From a virus (Duplodnaviria > Caudoviricetes), in the IMG/VR virus record IMGVR_UViG_3300019784_001933, positions 1-40,224 of that record: 40,224 nucleotides of DNA; one strand, 5' to 3'. The translations under genes were made by a program, and so were the position numbers. Positions 18,936-26,238 of the stretch are shown here, one piece after another; the first letter of the stretch is position 1; every line of letters starts with the position of its first letter. The notes beneath the pieces were generated by a model. The model did no database searches. It was not told the origin of the DNA and saw only the letters and a program-made list of their open reading frames with translations.

Positions 18936-19268
18936 ATGAGATTGTTCGTCTGGCTTTCGCTGGGCCTGATGCTTGCTGCCGGAGCGCCGGCTGTGAAGGC
19001 GCATAGTTGGTTCGATCCATGGTGCTGCAACGACCGGGATTGCCAGCCGATCCCCGATAGCGCGGTCCAGATCACGCCTCAGGGCTACGTCATCACCCTG
19101 CGCCCCGGCGACCACCCCATGCTCGCCAAGGAAACGCAGACGCGGACCTACACGGTCCCTTACGCGAATGCGCGCGTGTCGCTCGATCCTGAGCAACGGT
19201 TTTACGCATGCATCTATCCCGACCCGTCCTCGATGCGCTGTTTTTACGCGAAACCCAGCGGGAGCTAA
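18936..19268 (+). CDS. Secreted Cys-rich small protein
   Basis: Sec signal MRLFVWLSLGLMLAAGAPAVKA; HSWFDPWCCNDRDC...YAC...RCFY (5 Cys in mature part). Confidence 0.75.
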   Translation: MRLFVWLSLGLMLAAGAPAVKAHSWFDPWCCNDRDCQPIPDSAVQITPQGYVITLRPGDHPMLAKETQTRTYTVPYANARVSLDPEQRFYACIYPDPSSMRCFYAKPSGS

Positions 19269-19271
19269 CCC

Positions 19272-19985
19272 ATGCTCACCACAGCTTTGCTCACGCAGCT
19301 TGCGCGCAACCTTGGCGCAAAGCCCAGCCCCACCGTCGTCGCCGGCATCGTTGAGAACGAGCGGTTCCTGATCGAAGGCGGCATCAACACCCCGGCGCGC
19401 ATTGCCGAGTTCCTGGCGCAGGCGTGTCTGGAAACCGACTATTTCCGCGTGTTGGAGGAATACGCCAGCGGCGCGGCTTACGAGGGCCGCAAGAGCCTTG
19501 GGAACGTCGTGGCCGGCGACGGGCGCCGCTTTAAGGGGCGGGGCATTTTCCAATGCACGGGCCGCGCCAATTACACTGAATACGGCAGGCGCCTCGGCTT
19601 GGATCTGGTCAAGGAGCCGACGCTGGCCGCTCGACCCGACATCAGCGTCCGCATTGCGGTGATGTACTGGAACGACAAGGGGCTGAACATATACGCCGAC
19701 AAGGGCGATACGAAGGCGATCTCGCGGGCGATCAACCGGGGCAGCGCCAAGGCGACGAAGCCGGCCAACCACGAAGCCGACCGCGTGAAGATCGCGCTTG
19801 AGGCTCGGCGCCTGCTGGCGGGTGCGCCCATCGCCAAGCCGTCTCCCGAAACCCCTCCCAAAACCTCTCCCGAAATTAATATCGGGCAACCGCCCACCCG
19901 CAATGACGGAACCTTCACCGCGCCCAAGAGCGAGACATCGCTGTGGGCGCGCATCATCAATCGCCTCATCGGCAGGGAGCCTTAG
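19272..19985 (+). CDS. Endolysin, glycoside hydrolase family 19 (chitinase/lysozyme-like)
   Basis: AEFLAQACLET...EE...YEGRKSLGN...GDGRRFKGRGIFQCTGRANY. Confidence 0.9.
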   Translation: MLTTALLTQLARNLGAKPSPTVVAGIVENERFLIEGGINTPARIAEFLAQACLETDYFRVLEEYASGAAYEGRKSLGNVVAGDGRRFKGRGIFQCTGRANYTEYGRRLGLDLVKEPTLAARPDISVRIAVMYWNDKGLNIYADKGDTKAISRAINRGSAKATKPANHEADRVKIALEARRLLAGAPIAKPSPETPPKTSPEINIGQPPTRNDGTFTAPKSETSLWARIINRLIGREP

Positions 19986-19988
19986 GCC

Positions 19989-20414
19989 ATGTTCAACCTT
20001 GCAGCCATCATCGCCGGGGCCGTCAACGGCGCAATAGAACAGGTCATCCCGCCCGTCGCCCGCGATGTCGTCAAGACCATCGCCAAGGCGCAGGACGCTT
20101 CCCCGATGGCACCGCCCATCGCCCCGCCCGTCACGCTGGACGCTGACGCTATCGCCGCTCAGGTCATCGAGCGCGTGCTTGCCCAGCCCGAGGTCGCCAA
20201 GCTCTCAACCCCTGTCGCCTGGTATCAGTCCCATGCGATCTGGGGCGCCCTTGTGGCGGGCCTTGCGCCGATCCTCGGCCTGCTCGGCTATGCCCTATCC
20301 CCTGAGGATGCACAGACGCTTGTGACGGGCCTTGTGGCCGTGTCCAGCGGCGTCGGCATGGTCATCTCGATCTATGGCCGTATCACCACCACCCGCCCGA
20401 TTAAGGGCACCTGA
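19989..20414 (+). CDS. Holin-like membrane protein
   Basis: WYQSHAIWGAL followed by two TM helices and YGR; follows endolysin. Confidence 0.7.
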   Translation: MFNLAAIIAGAVNGAIEQVIPPVARDVVKTIAKAQDASPMAPPIAPPVTLDADAIAAQVIERVLAQPEVAKLSTPVAWYQSHAIWGALVAGLAPILGLLGYALSPEDAQTLVTGLVAVSSGVGMVISIYGRITTTRPIKGT

Positions 20415-20416
20415 CG

Positions 20417-20725
20417 ATGATGGCCGCTGGGACTACCGCCGAACGGATTACGAGATTGGAAGAGCATCTGCGGACGCAGGACGCCAAGCTGGACACCATC
20501 ATCCGCCTGACGGAAGCGCAGGATGAGAAGATCAAGACGCTGACAGACCGGGTTGAGACAATGGCGCCGACGGTCAAGGCTGGCGAGGAGGTATTCTCGA
20601 CCGCCCGTCACATTAGCGCGTTTGCGAAGTGGTCGCTGTGGGTTGCGACGGGCTTCATCGCGTTCATGGTCTACATGGCGGACAGGTGGCATGTCGTCGG
20701 CCAGCTTTTCAGGAAGGCGGGCTGA
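20417..20725 (+). CDS. Coiled-coil plus C-terminal TM protein (XhlA-like lysis accessory)
   Basis: ERITRLE coiled coil and one C-terminal hydrophobic helix. Confidence 0.6.
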   Translation: MMAAGTTAERITRLEEHLRTQDAKLDTIIRLTEAQDEKIKTLTDRVETMAPTVKAGEEVFSTARHISAFAKWSLWVATGFIAFMVYMADRWHVVGQLFRKAG

Positions 20726-21780
20726 TGACGCGGCGTCTCACAGACGGCGAACTTCTCCAGACCCGCGCCATCCTTGCCGAGCATGGCGGCAACCAATCCG
20801 CCGCCGCCCGCGCGCTTGGCATCAGCCGCTCCACATTCCAAAACCGCCTGGCGCACTCGGAAGCCATGGCTGCCGCTGAATCAGCGCCCATGCCGGAGCG
20901 GCCCTACACCATCCCCCCGCTGCCCAGCCGGGACGAGCCGCTCGACGCCCTCATCGCCCGCAAGCGCGAGATCGGCCAGCGCACGATTGAAGCGCATGAG
21001 GCGCGCAGCCTAATCCCCGTCAAGCTCACCATGTCCGGCCCTGTCGGGCTCTGGTGCATGGGCGATCCCCATCTCGATAACGACGGCTGCGATTTCCAGC
21101 GCATCGAGGCCGATCTGGCCACCATCGCCAAACAGCCCCGCATCATGGCCCTCAACATCGGGGACGTGACTGACAACTGGGTTGGCCGGCTCGAACGGCT
21201 TTATGCATCATCGTCCACAAAGGCGGCGGATGGTTGGCGGCTGGCCGAGTGGCTGTTCTCCTATCCTGGCGTCAACTGGCTTGGGCTGGTCGGCGGCAAC
21301 CATGACGCATGGGGTGGGCACCGCGACCCGCTCAAATGGATCACCAAGGCCCGTGTGGGCGTCTATGAGGCGGACAGCCTGAGGATGGCGCTACAGCACC
21401 CTTGCGGGGCTCAGACACGCATCCACGGGCGCCACAACTTCAAGGGTCAGTCGATCTGGAACGACATGCACGGGCTGAAGCGTGAGGTGACGACGGGCTT
21501 TCGCGATCATCTGCTTGTCGCTGGTCATCTGCATCTTGGCGAGGATGGCGGGCTGATTAACGCTGACGGCTTCGTCACGCAGCTTTTGCGCCTGTCTGGC
21601 TACAAGCGAGCGGACACATACGCTGTCACCGGGCAGTTCCGCCCCAAGCCCATGCACCCGTCTGCGCTGGTCATCATCAACCCCGCCAAGCCTGAGACGG
21701 AACGGGGCAGAGTATGGGTTGCGCCGTCGATTGAGGAAGGCGTGGACTGGCTTAACTTCCTCGCCAAGCGTGCTGCTTGA
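20725..21780 (+). CDS. Fis-type HTH fused to calcineurin-like metallophosphoesterase
   Basis: GGNQSAAARALGISRSTF; GDPH, GDVTD, GNHD, H, GHLH motifs; 351 aa from coupled ATG. Confidence 0.85.
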   Translation: MTRRLTDGELLQTRAILAEHGGNQSAAARALGISRSTFQNRLAHSEAMAAAESAPMPERPYTIPPLPSRDEPLDALIARKREIGQRTIEAHEARSLIPVKLTMSGPVGLWCMGDPHLDNDGCDFQRIEADLATIAKQPRIMALNIGDVTDNWVGRLERLYASSSTKAADGWRLAEWLFSYPGVNWLGLVGGNHDAWGGHRDPLKWITKARVGVYEADSLRMALQHPCGAQTRIHGRHNFKGQSIWNDMHGLKREVTTGFRDHLLVAGHLHLGEDGGLINADGFVTQLLRLSGYKRADTYAVTGQFRPKPMHPSALVIINPAKPETERGRVWVAPSIEEGVDWLNFLAKRAA

Positions 21781-21983
21781 TCGTCAAGTACGTCGGGCTT
21801 CACGACATCGAGGCTCATTTAGCTCTGGGGTGGCTGGTCATCCCAGAGGTGTCGTTCTGCCATCATCACGACTACTCCATCCTCATGCGCTGGGTGTGCC
21901 AATGTCCGATCCGCGAGCCCGAAAGCCGGCCAAGGTCGAGCTTGTCACCATCCACCGAAACAGAGACGGCGCAGCCATCATGA
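21777..21983 (+). CDS. Small His/Cys-containing hypothetical protein
   Basis: 68 aa, start overlaps upstream stop; YV..H....LGW...HH..S.LM.W.C.C. Confidence 0.5.
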   Translation: MIVKYVGLHDIEAHLALGWLVIPEVSFCHHHDYSILMRWVCQCPIREPESRPRSSLSPSTETETAQPS

Positions 21984-22081
21984 GCGTGGTCTGCGCCGGC
22001 AAGATCGTTGAGTATGAGATGAGCAAGCGGAGGCTGTCGTTTCTGCTCACGCAGGCGGCGCAGGAATTGACGCGAGAGTAG
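21902..22081 (+). CDS. Hypothetical protein
   Basis: 59 aa from ATG 21902; last rightward late gene, convergent with the accessory operon. Confidence 0.45.
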   Translation: MSDPRARKPAKVELVTIHRNRDGAAIMSVVCAGKIVEYEMSKRRLSFLLTQAAQELTRE

Positions 22082-22370
22082 CCGCCCCCTCGATCATCGG
22101 GCCGTGTTCAGCGAACCGCGCCGGGCGCCAATATAGGTTAGCGACGTTCATGGTAGGCGACAATTGCTCACGCCTAACCGTGTGCACTGTCGGGTTGGCA
22201 AGCGTGCAAATCTCGATCCAGTCGTGATCGTAAGGGCTTGACGGCGCGTCGCGCCAAGGGTTAATCCATTGAGCCCAGCCGTCTCGGCTCAATGCGTCGG
22301 CGCGCTCTGCCTCGGCCATCAGGGCGTCTTTAAGCGCATTCTTGTCGCGGCGCTTGAACCAACCAAACAT
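22047..22370 (-). CDS. Hypothetical protein
   Basis: MFGWFKRR...; SD AGGAG upstream. Confidence 0.65.
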   Translation of the reverse strand: MFGWFKRRDKNALKDALMAEAERADALSRDGWAQWINPWRDAPSSPYDHDWIEICTLANPTVHTVRREQLSPTMNVANLYWRPARFAEHGPMIEGAATLASIPAPPA

Positions 22371-22424
22371 TGTGCGTCTCCTCACTCAGGCTGCGGCGGA
22401 GTTGGCGAAGGAGTAGGGGGTCGC

Positions 22425-22658
22425 TCATGCGTTGCCCTTCCTTTGGTTGCACGGCTCGCACGCTGGAGCATAGTTCCGGCGCTTGTTGTAGCCTCCTTTG
22501 GAGAGCGAGCGGATGTGGTCAAGCGTCATTGAGTTCCTCCGCCGAGGGGCGAGGCATAGGCGGCGCCCACAGTACGCACAATCGCGGCGTCCGTTTTCCC
22601 ACATTGCTCTCCGCTCTTGCGCGTAAGAGTTTTTGCGCTTGGCAACGCTCATCCCCAT
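22425..22658 (-). CDS. HNH endonuclease
   Basis: CAYCG...TLDHI..LSKGG.N...N...ACEPCNQRKG. Confidence 0.85.
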   Translation of the reverse strand: MGMSVAKRKNSYAQERRAMWENGRRDCAYCGRRLCLAPRRRNSMTLDHIRSLSKGGYNKRRNYAPACEPCNQRKGNA

Positions 22659-22684
22659 TCCCTTTCCTGCTGGTATCGGGCTCG

Positions 22685-22937
22685 TCAGGTCTTGCGGAGG
22701 GCGCGGATCTCAGCGGCCTTAAGCCGGTCCCCGTAATCATCGCAGGCTTCAAGATACTGCGCTGCGGCTTCAAGGCCCTCCCCCCCTCGCCCGCTCTATA
22801 GCAGGATGGACGAGGGCCATCACGAGCCGCGCGGTCGCCAGAGCCTTGCTGTAAAGGTTTGGCACGTCCTCAGGCGCGCAGCCGTATTCCTCGTGCAGGA
22901 TCGCCCTCGCGATCTCCTCCTCCGTGATGTCAGACAT
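22685..22937 (-). pseudogene. Small gene frameshifted at a G7 run (55 aa as read; ~83 aa if G6)
   Basis: ATG 22937 with SD; MSDITEEEIARAI...IERARGGGP* stops at 22770; deleting one G of 22780-22786 gives ...RGEGLEAAAQYLE...AAEIRALRKT* ending 22685. Confidence 0.55.
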
Positions 22938-23233
22938 TGGGGGCCTCTACAGGCGCTTGGCTGTGCTGGACACCCGGCGAGAATTTGTACTCGTCTAGGC
23001 TGGCAACGAAGCGTAGCGCCATCGCGGCTGTCTGAATTGCTTCCTTGCGAAAATCAGCCAGCGTTGATTTATGAGGCTCGTAAGTCAGTTGCAGCGCTTC
23101 CTTCGTCAGCTCGCCAAACTCCTCGCCAAGCACGGCAAGCGCGTGAAGCGGGTCTGTCGGCCACGTCGGGAATTTACGCATTGCGCGGTCAACCTCCGCG
23201 ATGATCGGGTCAAACGTCTCAGACATTGGGGGC
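22930..23233. repeat. 15-bp direct repeat TCAGACATTGGGGGC at 22930-22944 and 23219-23233
   Basis: Read directly; brackets the MazG-like domain. Confidence 0.85.
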
Positions 23234-23523
23234 TCCGGGGTTGGGTGGGCGACATCGGCCGGCGCAATCCGCTCTATGGTGCCGCCGGCATTCGACATCA
23301 GGAACCCGGCACCATAGAAAGCCGCATCTTTTGCCGCAGCCATCACCGGCTCCGCGCTGGCGGATAGGTAGGCGGTGATTGCGGCGCGGCAGATGTCGCG
23401 CATCAGGTCATTGGTCAGCGCAGGTACGACATAGGTCTGCCCGTCGCTGGCGCCGACAAGCGGCCCGCGCGCTTCACGCCACGCCGCCTTTACGACCTCG
23501 TCCAGCCCCTTTTCGTCAATCAT
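22930..23523 (-). CDS. Protein with C-terminal MazG-like NTP pyrophosphohydrolase domain (internal start at 23226)
   Basis: HALAVLGEEFGEL...KEAIQTAAMALRF (EExxE...ExxQ/D-type helices); GGAG-ATG internal start at MSETFD. Confidence 0.7.
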   Translation of the reverse strand: MIDEKGLDEVVKAAWREARGPLVGASDGQTYVVPALTNDLMRDICRAAITAYLSASAEPVMAAAKDAAFYGAGFLMSNAGGTIERIAPADVAHPTPEPPMSETFDPIIAEVDRAMRKFPTWPTDPLHALAVLGEEFGELTKEALQLTYEPHKSTLADFRKEAIQTAAMALRFVASLDEYKFSPGVQHSQAPVEAPNV

Positions 23524-23860
23524 CGCTGGCCTCCTTGAGGGCTTGGCGGGCGGCTTCGAAATCCTCCCGGTGCAGCTTTCGCACAATCGACCGTTCTTCA
23601 TCGACGGGCCGCGTGCGAACCAGCACGGCGCGGTGACGCGGCCATTCGTCTTGGTCTATGGAAAACGGCGGGTTGTATTTCCCGCTATGCCACGAGCGGA
23701 GCGTCTCTTCGAAATCCGCAAACGGCGCCAGCGCCGTCTCCAGTTCCCTTATCCTCGCCTGTGCGAGGGTGAGGGCTTCTGCTAGTTTCTCCGCGTTCTC
23801 TGCTTCAAGGCGAGCCAAGTTGCGCCACTGATTGCGATCATCGCACAGCTTCTCATCCAT
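23516..23860 (-). CDS. Hypothetical protein
   Basis: 114 aa; ARIRELETALAPFA...DFEAARQAL; overlapping neighbours. Confidence 0.7.
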   Translation of the reverse strand: MDEKLCDDRNQWRNLARLEAENAEKLAEALTLAQARIRELETALAPFADFEETLRSWHSGKYNPPFSIDQDEWPRHRAVLVRTRPVDEERSIVRKLHREDFEAARQALKEASDD

Positions 23861-24422
23861 TGTTCTTCTCCGTGAGGGCGCGGGCGGCTGCGTCTCGGAA
23901 ATGCGCGACCATCTCGCCGGCTGCTTGTTTCGGGCCTGTGCTCATGAGCGCGGTGTGGATGCGGTCGAGCCCCATGCGCGCGTAGGCCAGCGCCTCCCTG
24001 AGCGCATCCCGCTCTGCCTCGGCGGCGAAGCGCATTCGGCGTTCGTCGGCAAGCATGATTTCGGTTGAGGTAATCTCCGCGTCAGCCTCAGCCAGTTCTG
24101 CCTCGGCGGCGAGGGCGCGGGCTTCGGCGGCGGCTAGACGACGCTCAGCGCCCCCGCACTCAGCGCGCCATTCTTCGCCGGCTTGCGCTTCGGCTGCTAT
24201 GGTTTTGCGGAGGCTCTCTGCCTCTGCCGCCATCCCCTCGACCAGGGCAATAAGCCCTGATGTGTGGTCGGGGGAGGGTTCAAGCTCGGCGTCAAGCGCG
24301 TCGTCTTCCTCACTGTCTTCATTGAACGGGTGCCCGTCACGCCAGCGGTGCAAAAGCTCGCGGAATGCCTCCCTCGGCACGACCACCAGCCGGCCACTCT
24401 TGATGTCTTCGAGGATGGTCAT
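23853..24422 (-). CDS. Hypothetical coiled-coil protein
   Basis: ATG 24422 after AAGGAG; AEA-rich coiled coil. Confidence 0.7.
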   Translation of the reverse strand: MTILEDIKSGRLVVVPREAFRELLHRWRDGHPFNEDSEEDDALDAELEPSPDHTSGLIALVEGMAAEAESLRKTIAAEAQAGEEWRAECGGAERRLAAAEARALAAEAELAEADAEITSTEIMLADERRMRFAAEAERDALREALAYARMGLDRIHTALMSTGPKQAAGEMVAHFRDAAARALTEKNNG

Positions 24423-24607
24423 GTGGGCTCCTTGGGGGTGGGGCGCTGCTTGCGCGAGACGTAGGCGTTCAACACGCGGTTCTGCCAATGCGGGTCCGAC
24501 AGCGGCATCTGAATCGCGCGTGCCATCGGCGTCGGCTCGACATACTCAGGCCAGAAGCCGGGTTGCTGATCGCGCGGGATGTCGTCTTCAAGAAGCTCGT
24601 GCGCCAT
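24419..24607 (-). CDS. Hypothetical protein
   Basis: 62 aa MAHELLED..., coupled at both ends. Confidence 0.55.
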   Translation of the reverse strand: MAHELLEDDIPRDQQPGFWPEYVEPTPMARAIQMPLSDPHWQNRVLNAYVSRKQRPTPKEPT

Positions 24608-24837
24608 CACCGTTCCCCTTCCGAGAGGGCGGCGCGACCGGCGCTGTAGCCCCAACAAAAGCCGATCCAAGCGCAATCGGTTTCTGGGTCGATGTAACGG
24701 CTGAACCCGCCGTTGATGTTCAACGTGCCCAAGTTCCACCCGGAGGTTGCTGTGCTCGCCTTGATAGCGGCCTCGAACTGCTGGCGTCGCTCTGCAACAA
24801 CAGCGTCGCGTTCCCGTGTTTCCGTCAGCTTCCCCAT
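24607..24837 (-). CDS. Hypothetical protein
   Basis: 76 aa MGKLTE...RQQFEA...Y.DPETDCAWIGF; SD AGGAG. Confidence 0.6.
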   Translation of the reverse strand: MGKLTETRERDAVVAERRQQFEAAIKASTATSGWNLGTLNINGGFSRYIDPETDCAWIGFCWGYSAGRAALSEGER

Positions 24838-24838
24838 T

Positions 24839-25192
24839 TCATTCTCCTGAGGTGCGGGAGAGGGCGGATAGAACGCTCTCCAATTCAGAGACAGACAGAT
24901 GCTCGGGAACTGTGCTGTATGTCGTGACGCGGTTGATTCCGCGCCATAGCTGTCCCTTGCGCTTGAACTCGCGCCAAGCGGCTTCAGACGGCCAGATGCG
25001 CCCCGGTGAGCAGAATCCACGCGCGTCGGCCCATCCTGTTGAAACATCGACGCGCTGCCCGTTGTCCAGCGTCGCCCACTTGCGCGCGATTTTCGTAACC
25101 ACGGCTGTCTTGGCCCATTTCTCGTCACGCGGGTCAGATCCGACCCACCAGACAGATTGCCCCTTGTGGAGCGTCAGCTTCGTCTCGCTCAT
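24839..25192 (-). CDS. Hypothetical protein (small beta-barrel-like)
   Basis: 117 aa; GQSVWWV...AVVTKIARKWATL. Confidence 0.7.
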   Translation of the reverse strand: MSETKLTLHKGQSVWWVGSDPRDEKWAKTAVVTKIARKWATLDNGQRVDVSTGWADARGFCSPGRIWPSEAAWREFKRKGQLWRGINRVTTYSTVPEHLSVSELESVLSALSRTSGE

Positions 25193-25686
25193 GGCTTATC
25201 CTCTGGGTTGGGGGAGGGGGACATCAGCGCAGCAACCAGATCCCCGCGCGTCTTCGGGAACGATCGGTGAAGGATTGCGACGCCGCCGGCCGCTGACCAC
25301 GCCTTCGTGTTCTTTTCGAAGTCATCGATCAGGATGTCGCCAGCCGCGTGCATAAACAGCGGCTTGTTATGGCCGCCCATGACCGGGAGAACGGTGACGC
25401 GGCGCCCAAGATGCTCCCGAACCCACTCGCGCTTCTGCGTCGCCGCGTTGGCGTAATTCGTGCGCGGGCAGGCCGTCAGCACGATTGGCGAAAGATCTTG
25501 GATGTCGCGGAAAAACTCCACAGCGCCGGGGCACGGCGGCATGTCTCGGAAATAGCTCGGGTGAGCGTTGATCGTCTGCCACATGGCATCGTCCGCCATG
25601 CTGCGATGGTCAAGGCCAAAGACCGCAGGAAAATGCGCGTCAAAGTCGGCCATTACGCCATCAAGGTCCAGATACAGTCGGGGCAT
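25189..25686 (-). CDS. 5'(3')-deoxyribonucleotidase, NT5C-like HAD hydrolase
   Basis: LYLDLDGVMADF (DxD), LTA, K.EW, K, ILIDD, W..AGG.AILH. Confidence 0.85.
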   Translation of the reverse strand: MPRLYLDLDGVMADFDAHFPAVFGLDHRSMADDAMWQTINAHPSYFRDMPPCPGAVEFFRDIQDLSPIVLTACPRTNYANAATQKREWVREHLGRRVTVLPVMGGHNKPLFMHAAGDILIDDFEKNTKAWSAAGGVAILHRSFPKTRGDLVAALMSPSPNPEDKP

Positions 25687-25707
25687 ACATCGTCTCCGTT
25701 GCTTTCT

Positions 25708-25755
25708 TAAACGATATCGTTTATAAATTGGGCTGTCAATAAACGATATCGTCTA
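25708..25755 (-). promoter_or_regulatory. Sigma70 promoter bracketed by two 16-bp palindromic operators
   Basis: TAAACGATATCGTTTA (25708-25723, perfect) and TAAACGATATCGTCTA (25740-25755); minus strand TTGACA(25739-25734)-17-TATCGT. Confidence 0.8.
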
Positions 25756-25801
25756 GGAGCCGCGTTTGACTCAGATTTCTGATGCCGATAAGCGCGGGGA
25801 C

Positions 25802-25990
25802 GTGGGCCGCCCTCCGATGAAATCAGCAACGCTGACCAGCTTTCGTCTTGATGACGACGTGAAGGCTCGGATCGTCGCGCTTGTCGGCAAGCGTCGGATG
25901 GCCGTCTTTCTTCGCGAAGCCGTAGAGAACGAACTCACCCGCCGCTCCGCCATAGAACGTGAACTCTCCAGGAGAGAGAGGAAGGGCTAG
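25802..25990 (+). CDS. Ribbon-helix-helix (Arc/CopG-like) transcriptional regulator
   Basis: MGRPP...TSFRLDDDVKARI...MAVFLREAVENEL: beta-strand then two helices; divergent from the operator-flanked promoter. Confidence 0.75.
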   Translation: MGRPPMKSATLTSFRLDDDVKARIVALVGKRRMAVFLREAVENELTRRSAIERELSRRERKG

Positions 25991-26020
25991 GGGTGGGACG
26001 TGGGAACACGCCGCGAACAG

Positions 26021-26238
26021 GCTCCCCCAGATTTACCCCACATGTCGGCGCGCGTTCATGCGCCGTTCTGCGCGCTGGTGCGCGGCGGGGTCCGTAAAAC
26101 CTAGGGAAAAATGGTGGGCGACACAGGGATCGAACCTGTGACCACTCCCGTGTGAAGGTCGCGGGCATCAGCCTGCAAGCCTTTCTGTCTGTTCACTTTC
26201 TTCGGATGATGCAATCTCGCTCCCCCAGATTTCCCCCA
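26021..26238. repeat. Putative integrase arm-type sites flanking att core (20-bp direct repeat, 19/20)
   Basis: GCTCCCCCAGATTTACCCCA 26021-26040 vs GCTCCCCCAGATTTCCCCCA 26219-26238. Confidence 0.7.
26112..26158 (-). mobile_element. attP: attP core: 3' half of tRNA-Val(CAC)
   Basis: Minus strand CCTTCACACGGGAGTGGTCACAGGTTCGATCCCTGTGTCGCCCACCA: anticodon loop CAC, T-arm GGTTCGATCCC, CCA end; no 5' half; just past the integrase stop. Confidence 0.9.

Noticed and set aside
22519-22773. 84-aa TTG-start ORF after the G-run
   Set aside because: Overlaps the HNH gene extensively and lacks motifs; the G6-restored frame looks more protein-like. Not fully excluded.
25771-25953. ORF antisense to the RHH gene as a second antirepressor
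   Set aside because: No SD, S/R-rich shadow composition, no resemblance to the RHH.
25928-25972. GAAC(GT)GAACTC repeat as a DNA site
   Set aside because: Reflects a short coding duplication (ENELTRR / ERELSRR) at the RHH C-terminus.
25189-25990. RHH as type II antitoxin
   Set aside because: No co-transcribed toxin; it is divergent from an operator-flanked promoter and followed by attP.
26112-26158. Functional tRNA-Val gene
   Set aside because: No D-arm or 5' acceptor strand; it is the att core.
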